NCBI GenBank assembly: GCA_010909165.1
Contig: VJWM01000108.1
Coordinates: forward strand, 682,001-746,000
DNA length: 64,000 bases
From: Anthoceros angustus
Taxonomy: Eukaryota > Plantae > Anthocerotophyta
Direction: 5' to 3'
In this document: positions 23,961-34,803 of the stretch, in pieces
Position numbering within the stretch: the first letter of the stretch is position 1
How the letters are laid out: each line of letters starts with the position of its first letter
Translations under genes and position numbers: made by a program
The notes under the pieces: model-generated
What the model was told of the DNA's origin: nothing
The model's database searches: none
Seen by the model: the letters and a program-made list of their open reading frames with translations, nothing else

Positions 23961-24289
23961 ATGCGCTATTCAATTAAGAGGGCATAAGACATGCCACCCA
24001 TCGACTCCACCCACGCGCCATTGCATCGATGGTTCGGTGGCGGCGAGATATCCAGTGAAAATAGATTGCATTTATTGTGATATAAGGTTCGTAATGATCG
24101 AGATAGTGTCATACGGTATAAATAAGACAGGTATTGGGGTTTAAATATTGGCGATGGTCTATATTTTGACACGTCACATTAGGGTTTCTTACGGATGTCC
24201 GCTTCTAAAAGGGTATAACCGAGAGGCCCACATACGCTTTCTTGCGGTGAAGGTGAAGTAGGCTCACGAGCGGTGCGCGGCGTAATCCA

Positions 24290-27200
24290 CAGGAAGCACA
24301 CCATCGCCGCACCTTGGGCGCCAATTAATCCCATCTGGTCGGCGATTGGCGCGGGCCCGCGATCGAGGGCTAGAGGCGCCTCAGCGACGCCGTCGAAGGT
24401 ATTGTGGCAATCGCTACTTTTTGCTCCAACTCACGGCCACGGTGTGTGCGTTGCGATTACGGGCGGTGCGAGATTATGGTGGGCGGCGTAGCAAGAAAGA
24501 CTGCCGGCAGCCGACAACCCCGGGATTGTGGTGAAGGCGAAGAAGGCGCTCGGCCGGAGATGCGTTGCGAATCTCCATTGCGGTGAGCGTTTTCAGGGCA
24601 TGTTGGTGTCAAGAATCCATCTTTTCCCGTGCTTTTTAACTCCTGCAGGTGTTCGAAGGCTGGGTCTCTGAATTCAACAAAGACAGCACCAAAGCGCATG
24701 GAGGAGCAGAGGAGAAGAGTGGAATGTCTCGAGCAAAGAAGAGCACCCAGCCCAATCCATCGCCATACACGTATGAGGAGACAGTGCTACTACGGAGACA
24801 CACAAGCCAGGTTGAGGAAACAGCGGCATTGGACAAAGAATGGTTTCTAACCCAGGCAAGTGAGCCACAGGAAGATGGGGCAATATGGACACCCTTGTTG
24901 AAGTTGTGGGTTACAGGCTACCTGGGGGCGCTGCCCAATCAGCGCTCAAGAGCCGGATGGGTATTGTGGGCAAGTTTGGAGAGGACACATTGCATCCGGA
25001 GGTGCAAGTGCTCTGCACATCAAGACCCTATGGCGTTGATAATTTGCCGCACAGATGATTACAAGGTGTTCCTCTTCGGATAGATGGCTTTCAAGCAAGA
25101 AATGTGAACCAAAGGAGCAATGCAATTTCGAGAAAGCCTACGCTGAAACCAGTCGGTGGCCACTTAGGCCTTCAAATTCACTTCACCTTCCTCCCCATCC
25201 CGATATCCGACATTTCAACACTATGGTTTGCAGCCAGGAAGACTGTTCTACAGATGCCTCTGTGGGGTCATCACAGTCTGTGATTAATCACAGGAGGGAG
25301 ATGTCTTTCCGAAGAACAAGACAGGCACTGCCTGAGTTCGCAATTGAGGACCAGTACCCTCCTCATGTTGATTTGAGCCAGAGCTGGGCCCTTCCGACGA
25401 GGAAGATGGCCCTATACCAGATGTACTCGGACAGTCGGATGCGGACGGGTCCGAAGGGGAAGATGCACAGAAGGAGGCGGATATCATCATGGACTTTGCG
25501 CCGAACCTCCTCAGCCTGCACTATGCCGCGGAGGCCGAGGAGGAGGGAGGCGCGGCATCGGGCGCCCTCCATGCCATGCGTGTGGGCACCCCCAAGTGTC
25601 TTGGTTTTGCCCGGCCGGACAAGCGGTCGAAGGCGCCGGCATGCGGCGCCTGATGCCTTCCATGGGAAAGCGGCGGCGACATATGGAGACGCGGTCTGGG
25701 AGCCAACCAAGGGGGAGTGGGAGCGACATGCAGCGGCCGGGAGGAAGGGGCAGGTGGCATGCACCGTGCCGGCAGCAGTGCGGGCGCGGATGGGCGCCGG
25801 CATGCCGGCCCATCCAGTATTGTTGCGGTGGTGCCCGAGTATCCTCGGATGTTACAGGCGGAAAGCACCTACCGCAGATGTGATCGAGGCGAAGGGGAAC
25901 CAAGCGCATACCATGGGGAGGAAGAAAGGCACAATGATGGGCAAGCCATCCGCCATCCAAGATATTCCTACACTTCATGTGTCGATGAAGAAAGGTTGAG
26001 GCGTGTTGGATGAGGATTATTTGAAGGTTGAGAAGCCGCATATGGGAAGAAAGTGGTTCAAACCGCTTAAGTTGGAATACTTGAGACACCTTCTTTCGAC
26101 TCATGATGCCCGGATCCGAAAAGTGGACGAGGCTTGGACGAACTACCTAGCAGGGGTGATTTCAAAGGGAGAATCGAGGAAGGAGTCTTGCCTCTGCATG
26201 ATTGATCCGGCAATGATATCAAGTCATTGGATTGGCGAAGTTCGGCTAAAAATATGTGATGGGAGTGCTTGGAGGAAACCATACATATGCATGCACACCT
26301 TGCGGACATATCACAGGAAGGCAAGCCTCCGGTGGATTGAGGCTCATGTGTATTGTGGTGACTATTCCGAATGAGAGTCTTAGCCCACAACACCATGTCC
26401 GACAAGAGGCGGAAGATGAATTTTATTGAGCGGTGAGGTATTTGAGAGAGCTGCAAATCGCGAGGGATGGTGTCAACATGACCATGAACGGAAATTCAAC
26501 TTGTACAAGGTGCTTGGTGATCGGCGACGAAGGCCGCGAGAGCGATGCTAGCAGAACAAGGTAGACAACAGGACCCACATTCTATGCATCTCGGTTGGAA
26601 GGCAAAGTGTGGGAATGTGGACAAGATATTCAAAAGTGGGAGTCCATGGAGTTGCTTAACAGAAACATGTTGCAGCAGCAAGAAGAGCAAGGGCAAACGT
26701 AAAGTCACGATGACCAAGGCGGGGGATGGCGCATTGTTGAAGCCTAAAGAGATGCAAGGCAAGCCTTGGAGGAGTTTTCAAGGCATCCCACAGGAAAGTG
26801 GGCAACAAATGTTGATAAGTGCAGAGAAGGTTTGTGAGCTTCGGACCTCAATGGGATGGCGAGGAAATCACCACGAGGAAGAAGTTTCATGTGATTCAGG
26901 TGGCGATGGCCAAGCACTTGGGGTGTGACTCATTCGACCAAGTCTGGCAAGAATATCCTCAACACTCTACGGACGAGGTCATCGCAAGATTTCAGACGGC
27001 GTTTGAGGGAAAGGTAGGTGTCTTTATCCTCCATTATTAGCAGAGAGGCGCGGCATGCGCCACTCTCGCTTTCCTTGAGAGGGGCCTTTGGGCGGCCGGC
27101 ATGCGCGCCCGTCCCATTCGAAGCAGTCGAAGGGCGCCGGCCGGCGCCGGCATGCCGGCGCTCCCGCGCCGTTGCCGAATGGAGCGGCGGGCCGCGCGCC

Positions 27201-28721
27201 CGGTCAGCGATTCTCAAGTCGTGATAGACTTGGAGGACTCATGGGGCATGCGGCGCCCATCCTTCCCTCCCATTCGAGAAGGTCTCTAGAATGAATGGCC
27301 AGGCGCGGCATGCGCCCGCATCATTGCTTCCAAGATATGCCTTTGTCCTGTGAATGTCCTTCCATTGAATGTCCGTTATATTGACATAATCTTTTGTCGT
27401 TTCTGCAAGTAAAGGATGTGGATGACTAAGAAACTACTGATGCTTTTCAAGCTTTTGTGCTTGAAGTGCACACTTGGAAAGGCTTGGAGGATGGCAGAGG
27501 GCTATGGCGGACATGGACATGGAAGAAGGCCCAATCTTTCACGCATTCGACAACAGAGAATATTGTGAAGTACCGAGTTATGGCAAGGGATATCGTTGAC
27601 ATGAGGGGCTTCTGGATTCGAAATACACATTGATGGTCATGGATGTGCCCGAGGATTTAACAAGGGAAAACATGATGTCACTATGGCTGCGGTTGGTACG
27701 GTTTTCCATGCTTTCCATGATATGACAAGTTGCGATGAGATACGGATGATAGTCATGCGGTGTGGAGGAGCACCACACGGTGAGGGAGGCAATGCGAAGT
27801 GGTGCATCGGGAGGGTTGGTGTCATTTGTATGGGACAAGACTAATATGCGAGCGACCTAGGGGCTACGACCATGGAATACATTACAGATTGGGTGGGGCT
27901 TAACGCCAGTGGTGGCCAAAATTTCCATGCTCCCCAATAATGTCCAGGTTCCTTCAACAACGGACGCGGTCATTGGGCATGACATCGCCGTGAAGAAGTC
28001 GCTATACACATCCCTCGATAATTTGGTGGTAATGTATCGAGAGGCCATTGGGCACGATGATGAGAATCATCAAAAACTTCTCGAAGGAGGGAGATTGGAT
28101 TTTAGGCGCGTGTGCGAAGTGGATCGACAACGATGGTCGCTCTCCCTATGCGGTCGGAATTGCATTCGTGGATGTGGACAAAGCGCGCAGAGTTCATACA
28201 TCGGAGGATCCATGGATATGAAGTTTTGCGACGCCGATGAGGAGTTGACCCACGAGCCTCACCGCCGGGTCCAACAACTCTGGGCTAAAGAAGTGACATT
28301 GTCGGAAAAGGTTTGTCACAAGCTCAAGTTGTTTCTTTGGGGTCTTCCAGGCGCCGCAGAGATCCTTGACGCGTTGGGCAGCAAACATTGGACACGTGTG
28401 GCCTCCAATGACAAGCCATCGGGTTGTGGAGGTGGCTCCTCGGACCAGAAATATCATGGAGAGAACGACAACTTTGAAGACCAGATCATGCGCGTCAAGA
28501 CCGTAGAAGTAGTCATGGATAGCGTGTCACGGCGGTGCCAGAGTCCCAATTGTTTTGTGATCCGTGCGGTAGGTAGATTTCTTGTTTCATGGGTTGAAAG
28601 TTTTATGTGTAACGATTTGGAGCAGCGCATGTGGCCTCTTCACCTTCAAAAGCCTTTAACGACTTACGTCCAAAACGCCTATTTCAAGGCAACCACCATA
28701 ACTAGGCGTGTCTCGAACTAA
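24290..28721 (+). CDS. Putative ParB-like domain + beta-class (circularly permuted) N6A/N4C DNA methyltransferase, multi-exon, frameshifted in this consensus
   Basis: RIRKVDEAW (26110-26140), KYVMGVLGGNHTYA (26250-26291), YTLMVMDVP-x-GFNKGKHD (27624-27676), FVWDKTN (27825-27845), ERPLGTMMRIIKNFSKEGDWILGACA-(G)-SGSTTMVAL..GRNCI..DVD (28039-28179). Predicted introns 24583-24648 and 27014-27409. Gene ends approximate. Confidence 0.7.
25544..25815. repeat. Second cluster of the same GC palindrome
   Basis: GAAGGCGCCGGCATGCGGCGCC (about 25630-25651) and GGATGGGCGCCGGCATGCCGGCCCATCC (about 25788-25815). Confidence 0.8.
27046..27322. repeat. Third cluster of the GC palindrome inside predicted intron 27014-27409
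   Basis: GGCGCGGCATGCGCC, GGCGCCGGCATGCCGGCGC (about 27143), GGGCATGCGGCGCCC, GGCGCGGCATGCGCCC. Confidence 0.8.
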
Positions 28722-28832
28722 TGCGGTGCATTGAGATGACATAACACCATCCCTTAGAATCAAATCATGCTTAATCATGCATTATAGGTCTTGTCAAGAT
28801 TTGAACATGAGGGTTTGATTTTGGAAGAGGTT

Positions 28833-28864
28833 TGTATATTCGGCCGCTTCAAATATTATGAGTG
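28833..28864 (-). repeat. Right terminal inverted repeat
   Basis: Reverse complement is CACTCATAATATTTGAAGCGGCCGAATATACA, similar to the left end. Confidence 0.7.
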
Positions 28865-29670
28865 TTTGACCTCAGAACTGGCACCAAGCACGGTGCTGGA
28901 TTTTCCGCCTTCTTGGGTTTCTTACGTGAAGTAGCTCGCTGTGAGCTGCTAGCACTTGAGGTATTCATTTACCTCACGGAAGTTAGGCTTCTTTGCCTTT
29001 GCTCGCTTTGTGGTGTAAAAGAGCTGCTGAAGATGCCTCGTTAGTTCCTCTTGTTGCTTCTTCGGAGAAGAGCTCCCACTAACTCACAGCGTTGTTTGTG
29101 GAAGAGTAACTGCACCTTTAGCTAGTTTCGTACAAGTCAAGGCATTGTAGGGCGTCACAAAGTGTGACCATGACTGGGAGTGACATCATGAAGTACAATG
29201 TGAGTAAATCATCCTTGAGAGGTCCGAAGCGCTCTCTAACTTAGAAACCAGTGTTCTAAAGAGTCCAAGATGTTTTTCAATTGTATCTCCATCTCTCATT
29301 TTGCGATTCGAACATTGCAAGTCGCGAGTCGACTGTGTATTTGTGCTGCGTCTGATCTTGAAGCCTAGACCATATCTCAGCTGAAGTCTTGCATCCAGAG
29401 GTTTGTCTTAGCATGTCGGAGGTCAACCCACTCCGGATCAGGTACATGGCGCTTCATCCCTAATATATTGTCCATGCATCCACGATTCTTCTTTTCTAGA
29501 AGGAAGGAGTGAGTCATAGTACAATGGCGAAACTTGTCCTCCCTTTGGCCGGCTTCCATAGCGCTTGTTTTGTAGTGCTCCTGCATCCGCAACCTAGATA
29601 TCATAATCTGCTCCCCAAATGTCCTTTTCCTTGAAGCCATCTCCACCAAGGTTAGTGTTTGGCTCACCAT
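28865..29670 (-). pseudogene. gag: Copia gag of unit I (right of the DNA transposon)
   Basis: MVSQTLTLVEMASRK...; KMRDGDTIEKHLGLFRTLVSKLE (copia gag UBN2-like). Confidence 0.8.
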
Positions 29671-30828
29671 GTTTAGGATTTTGTAGGTCCTTCCTACGTT
29701 AGGAATTTTATGGTCGTTAGACTAATGCTCTGTCGACCTAACTTGTGCGGTCAACAGGGCTAATGGTTCAAGGGTATCTAAGATGCTATTGATGCATCAA
29801 AGATAGGCTAAATCGCCGTTTTACAAAGGGTTAGCATGTCCAGTACATGTAGGTTGATGTGCTGCATTTGAACTCTGTTTGCAATCCTTTGTTTTCTAAT
29901 CTCCCACATTAAATGCATAGGTGGAGCAAGAGGGACATGAATTTGGAGCATCAAATGTTTTTATTTGTTTTATTTGCACGCTTATATGCAACACCCCTGG
30001 AGGCTGGGTTAGCAAGTAAAGCGGGCTTTAACAATGTAAGCAACTTGAAGTCCAAATGTCCTATCTGCTCTTTCAGATCTTGTAAGTCTACACTGACAGC
30101 AGCACGTTTCTGACTGATGTTTTGAAAACGTCTATCAACATGTTGCTGGTGTGCTTCAATTCTGGCATTTAACTGTGATACACTTGTGTGTGGTGCGACA
30201 TGTGTGGTTAGGAAACCCGATTACACTATCGAATGCTCAACACGCACTCTGAAGATTGTTAGGGTTTCTAGGTGGAGGGGCAAACACCAGATGGCGCTGT
30301 TCAGGGAAGAGAGTATCAATCAATGTGTTGAATGACTGGCTTACTTCAAGAGCAAGTGCGGGCTGATTTTGCGTCAACTATCCATTCTGTGTTGGTGGGA
30401 GTGTTTGCAATGCTCTTGCTCCTTGCCCTCCGCGCGATTCACGTGGAATGCGCTCGGGCGTGGCTGCCATTGTTGCCCGTCCAATAGATTGGCCATTCAT
30501 TTGGCTAGGATTTGTGTTTTAGAATTTTCGAGAACCATTTTTGTAATTCTATATGATTTTATATAAAGATTTTGCCAATTGGTTGTTCTAGTATTTTAGT
30601 GTCAAATTGCTTCACGCAATCGACAGTACTAGGATGCACTCTAGAAATGCAAATTTTCTAAATAAAAATCAAGAAAAGAAACTACAAGTTGGTTTCTTGA
30701 TCATTTTCTTGTTTTCTCATTAGAAAATTATTTTCTAAACAAGAAACAAACACAAACACATATTTGTGCACATCTAGATGTGCCCAATTTAATGTGCATT
30801 CTCATGAATGCAATCTATGCCCTGCATG

Positions 30829-30840
30829 GCTCTGATACCA
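30829..30840 (-). promoter_or_regulatory. PBS tRNA-iMet (minus-strand TGGTATCAGAGC) of array unit I
   Basis: Plus strand GCTCTGATACCA; equivalents lacking one base at 46913-46923, 53275-53285, 59160-59170. Confidence 0.9.
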
Positions 30841-31072
30841 TAACAAAATATGTAATGGGTGCAGATCAATTAACATATTATTAATTACATTGTATATATG
30901 TGTATATAAGGAAAAACAAGTATATGAAAGCGAGAACTAGGCTTAACTCAATGATGAAAAGGCATGACTCTTTGCTAAAGGACGTAACCCTAATGAAAGG
31001 GTAAGTAAGCTAAATGAAATCTAAGTGCACACTCTATATATGTAGATATAACTAAACCGTAATAACTCAACA
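30841..31072 (-). mobile_element. Shared LTR of the array (about 230 bp, TGTTGAG...TTTTGTTA)
   Basis: Flanked by the PBS on one side and a purine-rich GGAGATAGTAG PPT on the other; TATA-like CATATATAGAG inside. Confidence 0.8.
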
Positions 31073-31084
31073 CTACTATCTCCA

Positions 31085-31310
31085 TTATGGCAGCTGGCCG
31101 ACAATGGCTGGCCAAAATCAAAATGGCGCCTAACCCGATAATGGCTGGCCATACAATGGTTGGCCACAATGGTCGGGCCACAATGGCTGGCCATACAATG
31201 GCTGGCATACAATGTCGGGGACAATGGCTGCCATACACACACAAAATCAAGAATGCCTAACGCCATAATAGTTGGCCCAACAATGGTCGGGTTATACAGC
31301 CATATGAATG
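31085..31310. repeat. 15-bp minisatellite, unit II (short allele)
   Basis: CAATGGCTGGCCATA variants. Confidence 0.9.
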
Positions 31311-31629
31311 GCCCATAAAGCGGCATGTACAACATGTACCATCGGGAGGCGACTTGCTTGTGGGTGTAGAGGCACCGCTCATAATAAGAACACTTAAGAA
31401 AATGCCAAAGAGCGTGACGATTAGTATTAGAGCGCCCCGCGCGACTTTTTTCTAGGCCGACTGTGTAAGGGCTGGGATTAATGGAGTGCGTGTTCAGTGG
31501 CACGCCTCCGCACATTTGAATGGACGTGTTCATCATCCCCCACCAAATTTAAAATACCCTCCCCTTCCTCCCTGCCTCCCACCTAGCCCCTTGCTAGTCC
31601 ACCAAATTTATAACTTTGCTTACATTTTA

Positions 31630-32185
31630 CAATGTTGCTTATACTAACGCAATCTACAACATGGGAGCCACATCATCGATCCTTATAAATGAACTCTAAT
31701 CATATTTTTGAAATCAATACCAATAATAAAGACTTTTGAAGAAATAAAGATCAAATATCAAATTTTGAGAAAGATTTTACAATGTAATCTACAACAAGGA
31801 GACGTCATCAATCCACCGCTGCAAATGGTCTTCAATAATATTTTTGTGATTAATAACAATAATAAAGAGTTTAAAAAATGAAGAACACATTTCGAGAAAA
31901 ATATTTTACAACGTAATCTACAACAAGGAGCCACATCATCAATCGCTGATATATATTACCTCAAATCATATTTTTGATTAATAATAAAAAGAGTTTTAAG
32001 AATAAAGAATACATTTTGAGAAAAATATTTTACAATGTAATCTATAACAAGGAAGCCACATCATCAATTGCTATTGTAAATGGCTTCAATCATATTTTTT
32101 GATTAATGATGATAAAATATTTTTGAAGAAATAAAGATCAAAATTTGAGAAAAAGGCTTTACAACGTAATCATACAACAAGGGCG
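31630..32185. repeat. AT-rich 5 x about 125-bp subrepeats, unit II
   Basis: ATCTACAACAAGG cores at about 31650, 31790, 31917, 32040, 32170. Confidence 0.85.
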
Positions 32186-32199
32186 CCTAACGCCTGACA

Positions 32200-34620
32200 A
32201 TGGCTGGCCCGACGATGGCTGGCCCGATGAGGAGGTTGCGCTGTAAGTCATTAGCAAAATTGCTTCATCCCTCTCATCATTTCTGTGTTCTTCTTCCTGC
32301 AGAGCAATCTCAAAGCAAGTCGTGAAAAGGACGCTGAAGAGCAGAGGTCGAAATCCTCCTGTAGTGGGAACAGCTCCCACTTGCGCCAAGTCCGGCTTTC
32401 ATCAAAGGTGACATCGCGTGTAGACCACCTTGTTCTCGAGGTACGCTAAAAGCTTGTAAGCTTTTATACCTTCGATGTATCCTATCATAAGGAATTTCTT
32501 GGCCTTAGCAACTAACTTGGTTCTCTTGGCCTTAGGAATGAAAGCGTAAGCTATGCAACCAAGGTTCAAGATGAAGGATAGCTGGTTTTCGCAAAGAAAG
32601 CTTCATAACCGCCCTAAGATCGGTGGCAACTGCTGCAAAATAGTATGAGGGCCTCAGCCATGGGAGTGGCGCGGAGGTGGAACAAGGAAGAAACCATCTC
32701 TCGCAGCAAATTCCCGCCTACACCATTTGTTGTGGTGTGTATACGATCAGTAAGTTGTCGCCCCTATCCCTCATCCGCACAATAGGCTGAAATTGTTTGA
32801 TGTGAATTCACCACCATTGTCGAGCGGAGGGTTTTCACGCTTTCCACCCATCTCTCCAGATACTTCATGTAGTCTTTAAATAGGAGAAGTATTCACTTTG
32901 GCTTTAATATAAGCCATGACAACCGGGTCTTGTCTGCGTGAATGTTAGGAAATATACGCCACCACCAATTGAGGGTGAAAGTGGCCCACATATGTCGCAG
33001 GACGAGCTCAAGAACGTGAAGCCCCAGTGAGGAGCTTGGTTCTTGAAGGCTGCTTGATGACGCTTGACAAGACAGTGCTTCACAAAGTGGTAAGGGTGGC
33101 AAACCGCCAATTTTTCCATCACCATACATGTCACTAGCTAGTTTCGTAACTTGGCAATCGTGAGGGTGACCTAAACGTGCATGCCATAACCTAGCTTTTT
33201 CTATCTGCTTTGCAGCGCTTTGTAGTTGTCTCTGAAGACTTAGAAGCTAAGTGTGTTCTGGCATCACTGCTGTGTGTGTGTGCAAACGGAATATATCATG
33301 GTCTGCGGAACCATAAGCTATTACTTTTCGATGATCAAATGCATCGATGATCCTACATTCTGTGGGAGTGAACAGGATATGACTGTTGTTATCCATGTTG
33401 AGCTTCCTAACAGAGATGAGGTTCCTAGTCATTTGTGGACATGATACACATGTGAGTAAGAGTGTGATCCAAGGAACTGGAATTTTCACCGTGCCTATTC
33501 CTCGGAGACACAAGTGATCTATCGTCACCCGTAAACGAATCGATCTTTAGCTGGTCTATATGTGACGCACGCGCTTTATCGAAACTAATGCTGCAGCACT
33601 GTATCAAGGTACCACTCATGTATTGGTCTCCCTTGTGTGTTTGTTGACAGACATGTGGGGTTAGCAACAGGATGAGCAAACTCCCTAGTCCCTACCGTCA
33701 GGGCTGAAGGGGAAGCTTGCTTTTTCACCATGGCGTGTGTCTCAAAAGTGGAGTTGCCCTCCTTGCGAGGTACCCCGGACTGCTTCTTTCGACACTTGCT
33801 TTCCCAATGACCTGGAATCTGGCACCAGTGGCATTTTCCAGTCTTCTTGGGTTTCTTCTATGAAGTAGCTCATGGAGTCGCTAGCACTTGAGGTATTTTC
33901 TCAAGTTAGGCTTGCGCCTTTGTTTCGCTTTGTGGTGTAAGAGCCGCTTGCCACAAGATGCCTTAGTTCCTCTTGTTGCTTCTTCCCGAGAAGAGCTCTC
34001 ACTAACTCGAAAACGTTGTTTGGGGAAGGGTAAAGCCTGCAGCCTTAGCTAGTTTCTGGCCCTGAAGCTGCGAAGCGTTGTAGGACGTCACAAAGTGTGA
34101 CCATGACTCTGGGAGTGACATCATGAAATACAATGTGAGTAAATCATGCTTGACAGATTCCTGAGAAGCGCTCTCTAGCTTAGAAACCAGTGTTCTAAAG
34201 AATCCAAGATGTTTTTCAATTGTATCTCCGTCTCTCGTTTTGCAGTTCTGAACATTGTGAAGTGCTGCCGTCTGACTTGTGGTATTTGTGCCTGCGTACA
34301 GATCTTGAAGCCTGGACCATATCTCAGGTGAAGTCTTGCATCCAGAGGTCTGTCTGAGCATGTCAGAGGTCAACCACTCCTGGATCGTGCACATGGCACT
34401 TCATCCCTAATATATTGTCCATGCATCCCGATTCTTCTTTTCGAATAGAAGGAGTGGAGCCGTACAATGGCGGAAACTTGTCCTCCCTTTGGCCAGCTTC
34501 CATAGCTGCTTGTTTTGTAGTGCTCCCATCCGCATAACCTAGATATCATAATCTCCCCAAATCGTCCTTTTCCTTGAAGCCATCTCCACCAAGGTTAGTG
34601 TTTACCTGCATGTTTAGGAT
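32200..34620 (-). pseudogene. Copia gag-protease-integrase of unit II, no RT/RNase H
   Basis: gag QNCKTRDGDTIEKHLGFFRTLVSKLE; protease EWYLDT...GIGTVKIP...MTRNLISVRKL; integrase LELV..DICGP..SIGG...DNGGEF. Confidence 0.85.
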
Positions 34621-34803
34621 TTTGTAGGTCCTTCCTAGTCGTTAGGATTTTTATGTCTTTAGACTAATGCTCTGTCTGACCTAACCTGTGAAGGTCAACA
34701 GGGCTAATGGTTCAAGGGTATGTAAGATGCTATTGATGCATCAAAGATGGGCTGCAAACTGCGGCCAGTTTTTACAAAGGGTTAGTAGGGTTAGCATGTC
34801 TGT

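Larger units (their letters stand above)
19411..28864. mobile_element. 9.45-kb TIR DNA transposon inserted in the gag zinc-knuckle region of array unit I
   Basis: Unit sequence breaks after ...CACTTGCTTTC (19402) and resumes at TGACC (about 28867), matching the empty site CTTTCCCAATGACC in other units; imperfect 32-bp TIRs; transposase inside. Confidence 0.85.

Noticed and set aside
27909-28721. 270-aa ORF taken at face value as a standalone gene
   Set aside because: Its N-terminal half is off-frame relative to the methyltransferase motifs; treated as part of the frameshifted cargo gene.
24290-28721. Bacterial or phage contamination as the source of the ParB-MTase
   Set aside because: GT-AG introns with polypyrimidine tracts and insertion within a plant copia unit between TIRs argue for a nuclear eukaryotic location.
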